64,000 nucleotides of DNA. Source: Haloquadratum walsbyi J07HQW2 (lineage in GTDB: Archaea; Halobacteriota; Halobacteria; Halobacteriales; Haloferacaceae). Under the pieces are notes generated by a model. That model was not told where the DNA came from. It did no database searches and saw only the letters and a program-made list of their open reading frames with translations. The translations under genes were made by a program, and so were the position numbers. The DNA lies in assembly GCF_000415985.1 (NCBI RefSeq), contig NZ_KE356561.1:3105862-3169861 (forward strand), written 5' to 3'. Positions 1-8,050 of the stretch are shown piece after piece. Position 1 is the stretch's first letter. Each line of letters opens with the position of its first letter.

Positions 1-462
1 CAGCGAGACTCCACCAATCAATGGCACAAGCACCCCAAGATATCCCCCTGCGGCAAGTGCCCAATCACGACGAATTGTATTCACACGTGATGCTGAGACA
101 CGCGATTGTGGCAGAACAACAATGATAAAGAATCCAATCATGAGGGTATATAGAACAATCGCGGAAACAGCAACCGATAATGCTGTATCACTGAGAAGTG
201 CTTCAATAGTAAAAATAAGCCATACGAATAGTGGACCGGTTAGTATAGCAGCAAGATAATGCACAGTTGTTGCGAGTCGACTGGGAGCATCCTCAGGTCG
301 TAACATCGTCAACACACCAGCGGCGACCTGCGGTGGTGTGTTCCCCTCAGGAAGCTCTGTCATGATATAATTCATTACAATCGTTGCAACAGCGGCTGCA
401 ACAATACCGAGAACAAATCGGAGCGAAACAGCGAGTTCAGTTATCAGTGGAATATTATTCAT
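1..462 (-). CDS. Multi-pass membrane protein, 3' end truncated by the window edge
   Basis: Manual translation from ATG at 462 gives MNNIPLITELAVSLRFVLGIVAAAVATIVMNYIMTELPEGNTPPQVAAGVL...ALAAGGYLGVLVPLIGGVSL. The frame is open to base 1 and has several hydrophobic segments. Confidence 0.7.
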   Translation of the reverse strand, partial: MNNIPLITELAVSLRFVLGIVAAAVATIVMNYIMTELPEGNTPPQVAAGVLTMLRPEDAPSRLATTVHYLAAILTGPLFVWLIFTIEALLSDTALSVAVSAIVLYTLMIGFFIIVVLPQSRVSASRVNTIRRDWALAAGGYLGVLVPLIGGVSL

Positions 463-580
463 ATCAAGATTCTCACACTGACTGGTGATACCTTTTCGTG
501 CTGTCAGTGATAAAAATACTATCAGGCTGATATAATGACTGTCGAAGTTCTATTGAGACACAATATGATCTTCTTGATAA

Positions 581-1000
581 TTATCGAGGTTCAAGACGAC
601 CTTCATACCAGTGAATCCCGTCAATCGTGTTAGTGTAGCTGTATGCTGTTGGTGGGTCAATTCCCCAAGATCTAAGTCGTGAATCGATTGCATCAACAAT
701 CGTTGTTACAAATGACCCGCGATCACGAAGTATCGACGGTGTGTGAGTATGTACAGTCTCATATCGGCAGTGTACTGTGTCAGTATTTGATCCATGATTC
801 GAGTTAGTATGTCTGTGACGGTCACTATCACTCGCATCTCTAGACACCTCCGTAATTGGCACCGACACGTCTCTCATCGGTCTGATTTTAATTGAAAGGT
901 CTTCTCGAAGCTTCTCATCAACCTGTTTTGGATTTCCGAAGAGACGTGACCTCCCAAATGTATCAATTGCTTCGACAGCAGTGTCAGGGACGTGATTCAT
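581..1000 (-). CDS. Hypothetical protein (haloarchaeal type)
   Basis: 139-aa ATG ORF with protein-like ends (RLFGNP...; IDPPTAYSY...WYEGRL) and a low-complexity central insert. Confidence 0.65.
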   Translation of the reverse strand: MNHVPDTAVEAIDTFGRSRLFGNPKQVDEKLREDLSIKIRPMRDVSVPITEVSRDASDSDRHRHTNSNHGSNTDTVHCRYETVHTHTPSILRDRGSFVTTIVDAIDSRLRSWGIDPPTAYSYTNTIDGIHWYEGRLEPR

Positions 1001-1044
1001 GAAGATGAAATTGTACCCCTATTCAAAAGTACTATTATGACCGC

Positions 1045-1419
1045 TTAATTCAATTCAGCTACTGTTCCGGAGTCAGGGTGATCTGTTGATATCGTCTCAG
1101 AGTGACTGGCTGAGTCTTCGGTAATCAAATCTGACACACGACGTAGTTCAGCTGTCACACCATCTACGGCAGCATCAACTGACTCATAGTATCGCGTTTC
1201 ACCACTGCTGCACCCACGCTTCGGATCAACGCGAACTGCATCGGAGCCAAGTAAATCAGGGCGGATACTCAGTTTTGCAACTGCACAGACACCGTCATCT
1301 CCTGCATATCGATACTCAATAATCCCGCCAGTCGCATCACTTCGCTGCCATCCAGTTGGCGCATCTGGAAGCTCATCACTCAGTGTTGATGGGTCAGCGG
1401 CGGCGTTGTTTGGACGCAT
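1045..1419 (-). CDS. Hypothetical protein
   Basis: Acidic ORF. The start is placed at ATG 1419 (MRPNNAAAD) because the longer track ORF reads through a hairpin repeat element. Confidence 0.65.
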   Translation of the reverse strand: MRPNNAAADPSTLSDELPDAPTGWQRSDATGGIIEYRYAGDDGVCAVAKLSIRPDLLGSDAVRVDPKRGCSSGETRYYESVDAAVDGVTAELRRVSDLITEDSASHSETISTDHPDSGTVAELN

Positions 1420-1478
1420 ATATATAGAACATATAATCGGTGCATCTACAAGGGTCTTTGGCGCCCGTGGCGCTCTGC

Positions 1479-1556
1479 TGAAGTACCTCGGGGACAAGCC
1501 CTCGACTCCCGACTCCCGACCCCCGACCCCGAGGCACTCGCCTTGATATCTGTAGA
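1479..1556 (-). mobile_element. Short IS200/IS605-derived hairpin element (PATE/SMR-like) with internal 7-bp expansions
   Basis: Minus strand reads TCTACAGATATCAAGGCGAGTGCCTCGGGG[TCGGGGG TCGGGAG TCGGGAG TCGA]GGGCTTGTCCCCGAGGTACTTCA. A near-identical copy lies at 23253-23309. Confidence 0.75.
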
Positions 1557-1655
1557 ACAAGCATAATCCTTGAGTATCGCTACGGCAATCTATGGTAAAA
1601 TTGAGCTATTAATAATGCAATAATATTCATACATGTAGTGTGAATATATGCATAG

Positions 1656-2207
1656 ATGACAACATCACTCACACAACCAGTCACAGAATTGATGTCAACA
1701 CCAGTCCAGTCGGTTAGTGGTGATACATCTATTGTTAATGCTGCAGAGGTGCTGTTGGATGAAGATATCGGCTCCGTTCTTATCGAAGAGCCTGCTGGGA
1801 TTGTCACAAAGACAGACATTGTTAGTGGCATTCGCACAATACAGAGTCCTGAGGAGACGACAGTTACTGAGGTGATGACACAACCAGTTATTTCTGTTAC
1901 GTATGATGCGACCGTACAGCAAGCAGTCGATACTATGGAAACTCACGGTGTCAAGAGAGTTGTTGTTGAGCAACATGACGATGGTTCAAAGCGATTTGCT
2001 GGTATCATATCCGTGACTGATCTTACTGGTGCACTCTCGGAATCACATGAAACAGTCGTCGGTATGTACGTTGGACTTGCATCAGCGGAGTCACCATATC
2101 TGTATGAATGCGTTGAGTGTGGTAATCGTATAACCGCTGATCATCAACCAGAGGCATGTCCGGAATGTGGGGGTCCGACACGAAATCTCAGTGTATCTAG
2201 AGACTAA
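1656..2207 (+). CDS. CBS-domain pair protein with C-terminal CxxC...CPxCG zinc ribbon
   Basis: Two CBS-like repeats (LMSTPV...GIVTKTDI; VMTQPV...GIISVTDL) followed by YECVECG...CPECGG. Confidence 0.85.
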   Translation: MTTSLTQPVTELMSTPVQSVSGDTSIVNAAEVLLDEDIGSVLIEEPAGIVTKTDIVSGIRTIQSPEETTVTEVMTQPVISVTYDATVQQAVDTMETHGVKRVVVEQHDDGSKRFAGIISVTDLTGALSESHETVVGMYVGLASAESPYLYECVECGNRITADHQPEACPECGGPTRNLSVSRD

Positions 2208-2658
2208 TCATCGTATCAATGTTGCTGATATGTGATTTTGCGCGATACCCTCTCGAAGTCACCCTCTCACTGAGGATATCAAATGCACCACTTCCCGGGT
2301 GACGATGACAGTGCGCAACAAGTGTTTGATACTCAACTACACCATCATGTGTCCCATTGGTTCCATCACCTCGTCCAATAGTCAATGCAAATCGCGCATC
2401 TGAATCAATTCCCTGCTTTCGGATAGCATGAAAGTTATGCCCTCTAGAGACTACCCCTACATCTGCAGTGAGGGTCAAGTGGTCTGCTTGTAACTTGACA
2501 CGGTTTACTGCTAGTATCTGTCTTCCATCTGCACCTGCAACCGAAGAGCGCCTACCACGATCGGTAAGTATCGCTCATCAACCGCCCGATTGGCGAGCGA
2601 ATCCAATGACTCTCAGCGGTTACTCTCCGTGTGTCGAGAGGCGGGATGACGGTTTTAT

Positions 2659-3319
2659 AGATATTCGAGGAGAATCCCTGCGGCTTGAGCCGCAGGACGG
2701 GACAGGACAAAATGAATCCGACAACCGGGCGACTCTCCAACTCCAACTCCAACTCCAACTCCAACTTCGATGACCACTCTGAGAGTTCTCATCAGTCGTA
2801 GTCGTGTTAATTCGTGGGCGACCCTCAAACTACGTAGGAAACAGGCGAGACCAGAATGATTGTGCCGTAGTCCGATGATGGCGGTCAGCCCGCCCCAAGC
2901 CAAGCAACCAAGCAGTAATCGAACCCACTCTGGTGAACAGTCGGTTCCGATACTGACCCGATGCAGTGCAGTGCCCTGCCCTGCCCGACTGCTGGCAAGT
3001 ACAAGCAAGTAACTCCAAGTCTGTCGAAGTCTGCTGGAGTTCCCGAGGCAAACCCAACCAAACCCACCTCTGGAAGCCCATATCTGACCGAAGAGAAGAG
3101 AGGAGTACCGGGAGCTTGGCACTCCCAGCGCCAACAGTCCTGTCCCACTACACTACACTCTCCCCGCCACAGTCCGCGAACCCTACATGTACATGCACAT
3201 GCACACGGATTCTCGCCATGTCAGGGTTCGGTGGGGTGGGGTGGGGTGGGATTGCAACCCTGTAATCTCCAACGCTCACGCTCAGGATTCCTCCGAGTGA
3301 ACTCGGAGGAGGATGTCAA
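2659..3319 (+). mobile_element. Internally deleted, decayed IS1341/IS605-type element retaining both ends and the tnpB 3' tail
   Basis: Left hairpin CCTGCGGC-TTGA-GCCGCAGG (2677-2696), then TGAATCCGAC (2713-2722). tnpB tail remnants KQVTPSL and ERSTGSLALP match QQVSPSL and ERSNGWLAQP in the element at 19935-21506. Right hairpin TCCTCCGAG-TGAA-CTCGGAGGA, then GGATGTCAA ending at 3319. Confidence 0.75.
2735..2764. repeat. (CTCCAA)x5 tandem repeat
   Basis: Five perfect hexamer copies read directly from the sequence. Confidence 0.95.
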
Positions 3320-3502
3320 GACTGATGAACCAAGCGTCGGGGGTGATGATGATGGTGTTCGTGGGTTTGCACAGTTACTGAAAAACTCGCTGCTGATGGC
3401 ATCAAGGTCACCGTCTCGACACATTATCCAGATTTGGCGGCAACTGTTGGCGAACATTTTCGTGTCCTCAAGGGTGATCATATTGTGCATTCATCAGATT
3501 AG
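3320..3502 (+). pseudogene. Possible C-terminal remnant of an ABC ATPase
   Basis: Frameshifted pieces DEPSVG.D (Walker B/D-loop-like) and KLAADGIKVTVSTHYPDLAA...FRVLKG (H-loop-like) lie immediately after the IS right end. Confidence 0.3.
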
Positions 3503-3710
3503 CTAAAATCACTCCCACTACGTGAACATGGGATCCGGATTCTGGGAGCTATACTAGGCACATTAGCGCCAAACGAATAGCGTATTATAGAATCGCAGCT
3601 CCTGATATCAAAAATCGTCTGGGCATCTGTAATATGTGATTGAATAATGAAAAGTAGAATTGAACTCACTACCCTATCACTCAAGTATCGGGAGAACAAT
3701 ATAACTTGCA

Positions 3711-3950
3711 ATGCCAACTGTTGAAGTGACGCTGCCGGACGAATTATTGACTGAGTTTGAACAGCTAGTCGCAGAAGAATTTGTGACCGAAGAACAAGCA
3801 GTTGAGGACCTTCTCACGATGGGGATTGATGCATATAATGTGAATATTGTTGATGATTCACAACCTGGCGATGATATTATTGAAGGTGCGGAGAATAACC
3901 TCTTTGACACGGCGACCGATCCCGGTGGAATCGAGGACGACCGACTGTAA
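3711..3950 (+). CDS. Small ribbon-helix-helix (CopG/NikR-like) protein
   Basis: MPTVEVTLPDELLTEFEQLV..EF.T.EQAVEDLL.MGI pattern with an acidic tail; similar to 37376-37585. Confidence 0.75.
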   Translation: MPTVEVTLPDELLTEFEQLVAEEFVTEEQAVEDLLTMGIDAYNVNIVDDSQPGDDIIEGAENNLFDTATDPGGIEDDRL

Positions 3951-4274
3951 GCCTCCCGCTTTCTGAGAGCATCATTTTCGTTGCTAAGCAGTTATACGAC
4001 AGTTATAGTAACATATGGTTGCACTGTCTGTTCTTCATCAGAAGATAATGCTAGTTACACATTGAAATAATAATATAACGCATCCAAAAATAAAAATTAA
4101 ATGTAGTAGTATGCTCACTTCGCGTTATCCTATCAATATGATGATACCCAAAATACAATATTTATCAGTTAGTACAAACTAATACTACACTGACTGATTT
4201 ATATCACTGTTTTTATACAATAAACTGACCACGCAACCATTTTATTGACTCCCTGGTAGGATGGATATAGGTCA

Positions 4275-5072
4275 ATGGATCTTGAACTCACCGATAATGT
4301 TGCGCTCGTGACTGCCTCAAGTAGTGGGCTTGGAAAGGCTTCTGGACGCGTTCTTGCATCTGAGGGCGCCAATGTCGTTTTGAACGGACGCGATCAGGAT
4401 CGACTTGATTCGGCTGTTGAGGAGGTAAGTGAGGCTGCAGCCGATACCGCAAGCGTCGTGGGCCATGCAGGCGACCTCACTGATCCCGATGATGTCGCTG
4501 CTCTCGTTGAACGCCCGATTGCAGAATTTGGCGGGCTTGATCATCTTGTGTTATCTGCTGGAGGTCCCCCTTCGAAACCATTTCTCCAAACAACGGATGA
4601 GGAGTGGTATGATGCGTTTGATCTGCTTGTCATGAGTGTTGTCCGAGCTGTTCGCGCCGCAGAAGAATATCTCACAGAGAGTGATCATGGAACGATTGTA
4701 AACATCACTTCCGCAAGCGTCAAAGAGGCAATTGATGGACTCGTTCTCTCGAATGCAGTTCGAATGAGCGTTATTGGACTTGAAAAAACTCTTTCAAAAG
4801 AACTCGCCCCAGATATTCGTGCGAATGCTGTTTTACCAGGCACGCATGAAACACCACGGATTGAGGAATTAGTCGAGCAGGGCGTCGAACGTGGTGATCA
4901 TGATAGTTATGAAGCTGGGCTCAAAGAGTGGGCAGATGGAATCCCAATTGGTCGAGTTGGTGACCCAATGGAGTTAGGTCGTACCGTTGCATTCCTCTCT
5001 TCACCTGTATCGACATATCTTGATGGTGTTGCAATCCCAATTGACGGTGGATCTGGTCAATCAAATCTCTAG
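4275..5072 (+). CDS. Short-chain dehydrogenase/reductase (SDR)
   Basis: TASSSGLG Rossmann motif, SAGG, NAVLPG, PIGRVG, IDGG. Confidence 0.92.
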   Translation: MDLELTDNVALVTASSSGLGKASGRVLASEGANVVLNGRDQDRLDSAVEEVSEAAADTASVVGHAGDLTDPDDVAALVERPIAEFGGLDHLVLSAGGPPSKPFLQTTDEEWYDAFDLLVMSVVRAVRAAEEYLTESDHGTIVNITSASVKEAIDGLVLSNAVRMSVIGLEKTLSKELAPDIRANAVLPGTHETPRIEELVEQGVERGDHDSYEAGLKEWADGIPIGRVGDPMELGRTVAFLSSPVSTYLDGVAIPIDGGSGQSNL

Positions 5073-5165
5073 TCTGTCGATCCAATTTGCCAAATCATAT
5101 TATCGAATCAACATGTATATGATGATCATTTTGAACGGAATCATTGATTCAATGATCAACGACAC

Positions 5166-6356
5166 GTGAGTGCGGATGTTCATGACCAGTATGCGACACG
5201 CATGCTTGCAACGGTATCGCTTGGATGGGCTGTGTTGCAATTCGGTCGAATGCTACTTTCGCCCTTACTACCGGCTATTATTACAGATTTAGCGATTACA
5301 GAGGCGACGGCTGGTATCGTCCTTGCGGCGTTTCAGGTAGTATATGCGGTAACACAGTATCCGAGTGGAGAATTCTCAGATCAATGGACGCGTGCAACAC
5401 TCATTGTGCCTGCTTTCACTGTACTCGTTGTTGGATTCAGTTTATTTGACGTCGTTGGCGGGCTCGGAATGTTTGTCCTCGCTGCAGTTGTCACTGGAGT
5501 CGGCAAGGGACTGTTTTCAATCCCCTCACGAGCACTTCTTTCTGATTTATTTACTACGAACCGTGGTCGTGCACTTGGAATCTATGCGGCTGGAACAGAT
5601 ATCGGCGGCATCGCAGCTGCTGGTGTCGCAACAGTAACTGTAACATATGCATCATGGCGAACACCGTTTCTCCCGGTCGCGATTGTGCTAGGAGTATTGA
5701 CGATATGCTATATGATTATGAATCGTGAAAGCTACACAATCGAACGGACGACGCTTGATATTGGAGGGACGGTTGGTAGGCTCGTGCAACATCCTCGACA
5801 GCGAGAGACGCTCACTGCATTTGCGTTATTTTATTTCATGGTTGGCGGTGTGATTAATTTCTATCCGATATATTTGACACGGACAAAAGATTTCTCAGCA
5901 GAGCTTGCAAGTCTCACATTCGCACTCATTTTCATTGTTGGACTTGTGATTAAACCCAGCGCTGGAACGCTTGGCGACCGATTTTCTCGAATCGGAATCG
6001 CGATCAGTGGACTACTGATTGCAGCCGTTGCACTCACTGCGGTGACATTTGTTTCTACCCCGATATATATCTGGATTGTCACTTCAGTTCTCGCGATCGG
6101 ATATAAAACCGGCTTCCCGCTCGCAGATGCAATTATTCTTGACGGGGCTCCAAATGACGACATGGGTGCGGATCTCGGCGCCGCACGCGCCCTTTTTCTT
6201 GGTGCAAATGCAGTCGGACCCGCATACGTCGGTATCGTTGCAACGTACGGTAGCTATGAGATTGCATTTGGGGGACTTGCAGTGTGTTTACTCCTCGCCG
6301 CAGGGTTGCTCGCTCGACAGCGAATCAAACCACCAACTAAGACTCAATTCGATTGA
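5166..6356 (+). CDS. MFS transporter
   Basis: About 12 hydrophobic segments and MFS motif A-like sequences (GEFSDQWTR; GTLGDRFSR). Confidence 0.92.
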   Translation: MSADVHDQYATRMLATVSLGWAVLQFGRMLLSPLLPAIITDLAITEATAGIVLAAFQVVYAVTQYPSGEFSDQWTRATLIVPAFTVLVVGFSLFDVVGGLGMFVLAAVVTGVGKGLFSIPSRALLSDLFTTNRGRALGIYAAGTDIGGIAAAGVATVTVTYASWRTPFLPVAIVLGVLTICYMIMNRESYTIERTTLDIGGTVGRLVQHPRQRETLTAFALFYFMVGGVINFYPIYLTRTKDFSAELASLTFALIFIVGLVIKPSAGTLGDRFSRIGIAISGLLIAAVALTAVTFVSTPIYIWIVTSVLAIGYKTGFPLADAIILDGAPNDDMGADLGAARALFLGANAVGPAYVGIVATYGSYEIAFGGLAVCLLLAAGLLARQRIKPPTKTQFD

Positions 6357-6473
6357 TTATTTTTAATCTGGATTCTATTATGACAACTTATATATCTAAT
6401 TTCAATCTCCTCGCAGTTTTGAGATGGATTCGCGAGTGTTTTCATACCGCATGCGTGATTGATGATGAGGAAA

Positions 6474-6956
6474 ATGGAATTCACTTCTGTTGCTGCGCTT
6501 GCGGATAACCATGTGATTGGTCATCATGGCGATCTTCCATGGGAGAGCCTTCCTGCAGACAAACAGCAGTATCGCGACCGAGTTTCTGGGTCCCCAGTCG
6601 TCATAGGTAGACGGACATATGAATCGATGCGAGTGAACCTTCCTGGTTGCCAACAGATTGTTTTATCAAGACAGAAGGAAAATTTTAGTCCTAAAACCGT
6701 TACTCATGCGCCAGATATTGACAGCGCCATTGCAATCAGTAGACAAACTGGTGCAGAAACTGTCTATATCCTCGGTGGGGCTGCGATATACAGTTTATTC
6801 CAGCCGCATATCGACCGAATGGTGCTTACTCGAGTCCCAGGGGTGTATGAGGGTGATAGCTATTATCCAGAGTGGGATGAGGACGCGTGGACGCTCATAT
6901 CGACACGAGAATATCCTGGCTTTACCCTTCAAAAATGGACACGTAAAAAAACATAG
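6474..6956 (+). CDS. folA: Dihydrofolate reductase
   Basis: VIG..GDLPW, VVIGRRTYES, ILGGAAIY, EGDSYYP; start set at MEFTSV (6474). Confidence 0.93.
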   Translation: MEFTSVAALADNHVIGHHGDLPWESLPADKQQYRDRVSGSPVVIGRRTYESMRVNLPGCQQIVLSRQKENFSPKTVTHAPDIDSAIAISRQTGAETVYILGGAAIYSLFQPHIDRMVLTRVPGVYEGDSYYPEWDEDAWTLISTREYPGFTLQKWTRKKT

Positions 6957-7043
6957 TCAGTTACCTTCCGGCTAGTTACTTATCAATGAACCCCATATTG
7001 TGTTCGCGTCAACTACATTGCTCTCTAGACCTAATTATTGTGT

Positions 7044-7571
7044 ATGAGTGAAACAGCAACTGTTGGCGGTGGCTGCTTTTGGTGCACTGAGGCTGCAATG
7101 AAAGAACTTGACAGCGTCAAGACAGTCACCTCAGGCTATGCTGGTGGCGATGTCGCGAATCCAACATACAAACAAGTTTGTTCAGGAACGACAGACCATG
7201 CCGAAGTCGTGCAGATTGAGTATGATCCGACAAAAATTGAATACAGTGAATTATTGGAGGTTTTCTTTGCAACGCATGATCCAACGCAACTGAACCGACA
7301 GGGTCCAGACGTTGGTACGCAGTATCGATCAATCATCCTCACACACGATGCTGAACAACGAGCAACGGCTGAGGCATATATCGAAGCACTCGGTGATCAT
7401 TATGATGATGCAGTTGTCACTGAGATCGAATCGCTTGAAAAATTCTGGTCGGCTGAAGAGTATCATCAAGATTATTTCGAGAAGAATCCAGCAGATGCAT
7501 ACTGTCGAATGCATGCACAGCCGAAAGTTGAGAAAGTTCGCGAAACGTTCAGTGAAAAGCTAACGCAATAA
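7044..7571 (+). CDS. msrA: Peptide-methionine (S)-S-oxide reductase
   Basis: GGGCFWC active site, GYAGG, HAEVVQ, QGPDVGTQYRS, AEEYHQDY. Confidence 0.97.
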   Translation: MSETATVGGGCFWCTEAAMKELDSVKTVTSGYAGGDVANPTYKQVCSGTTDHAEVVQIEYDPTKIEYSELLEVFFATHDPTQLNRQGPDVGTQYRSIILTHDAEQRATAEAYIEALGDHYDDAVVTEIESLEKFWSAEEYHQDYFEKNPADAYCRMHAQPKVEKVRETFSEKLTQ

Positions 7572-7576
7572 TACTC

Positions 7577-7972
7577 GAACTCGAAGACGAAGTCGAAGAC
7601 GAACACGAAGACGAAGACGAAGACGAAGACGAAGACGAAGACGAAGACGAAGACGAAGACGAAGACGAAGACGAAGACGAAGACGAAGACGAAGACGAAG
7701 ACGAAGACGAAGACGAAGACGAAGACGAAGACGAAGACGAAGACGAAGACGAAGACGAAGACGAAGACGAAGACGAAGACGAAGACGAAGACGAAGACGA
7801 AGACGAAGACGAAGACGAAGACGAAGACGAAGACGAAGACGAAGACGAAGACGAAGACGAAGACGAAGACGAAGACGAAGACGAAGACGAAGACGAAGAC
7901 GAAGACGAAGACGAAGACGAAGACGAAGACGAAGACGAAGTCGAAGACGAAGTCGAAGACGAAGTCGAAGTT
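7577..7972. repeat. Hexamer tandem array, 66 units: 55 uninterrupted GAAGAC (7607-7936) with GAAGTC/GAACAC/GAACTC/GAAGTT variants at the edges
   Basis: Read directly from the sequence. It starts 5 bp after the msrA stop and lies between convergent msrA and proA. Confidence 0.97.
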
Positions 7973-8050
7973 ATAGTAATTTCCAGGCAATACATCTCTA
8001 ACTGCGGAAGATCTGCTTTTTGTTAGTTTAATACCTGGTGATGAGACGGT

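Noticed and set aside
2197-3506. Multiple 70-180 aa ORFs across the 2.2-3.5 kb region
   Set aside because: Non-acidic, repeat-derived translations overlapping a decayed IS element; no coherent gene.
7577-7972. GAAGAC array as a CRISPR array or as an msrA acidic tail
   Set aside because: There are no spacers and no cas genes; the ED frame is out of frame with msrA, is preceded by a stop and has no start codon.
7472-7995. Poly-FV and poly-S ORFs on the minus strand
   Set aside because: They are simply translations of the (GTCTTC)n tract; they overlap the msrA 3' end and have no protein-like flanks.
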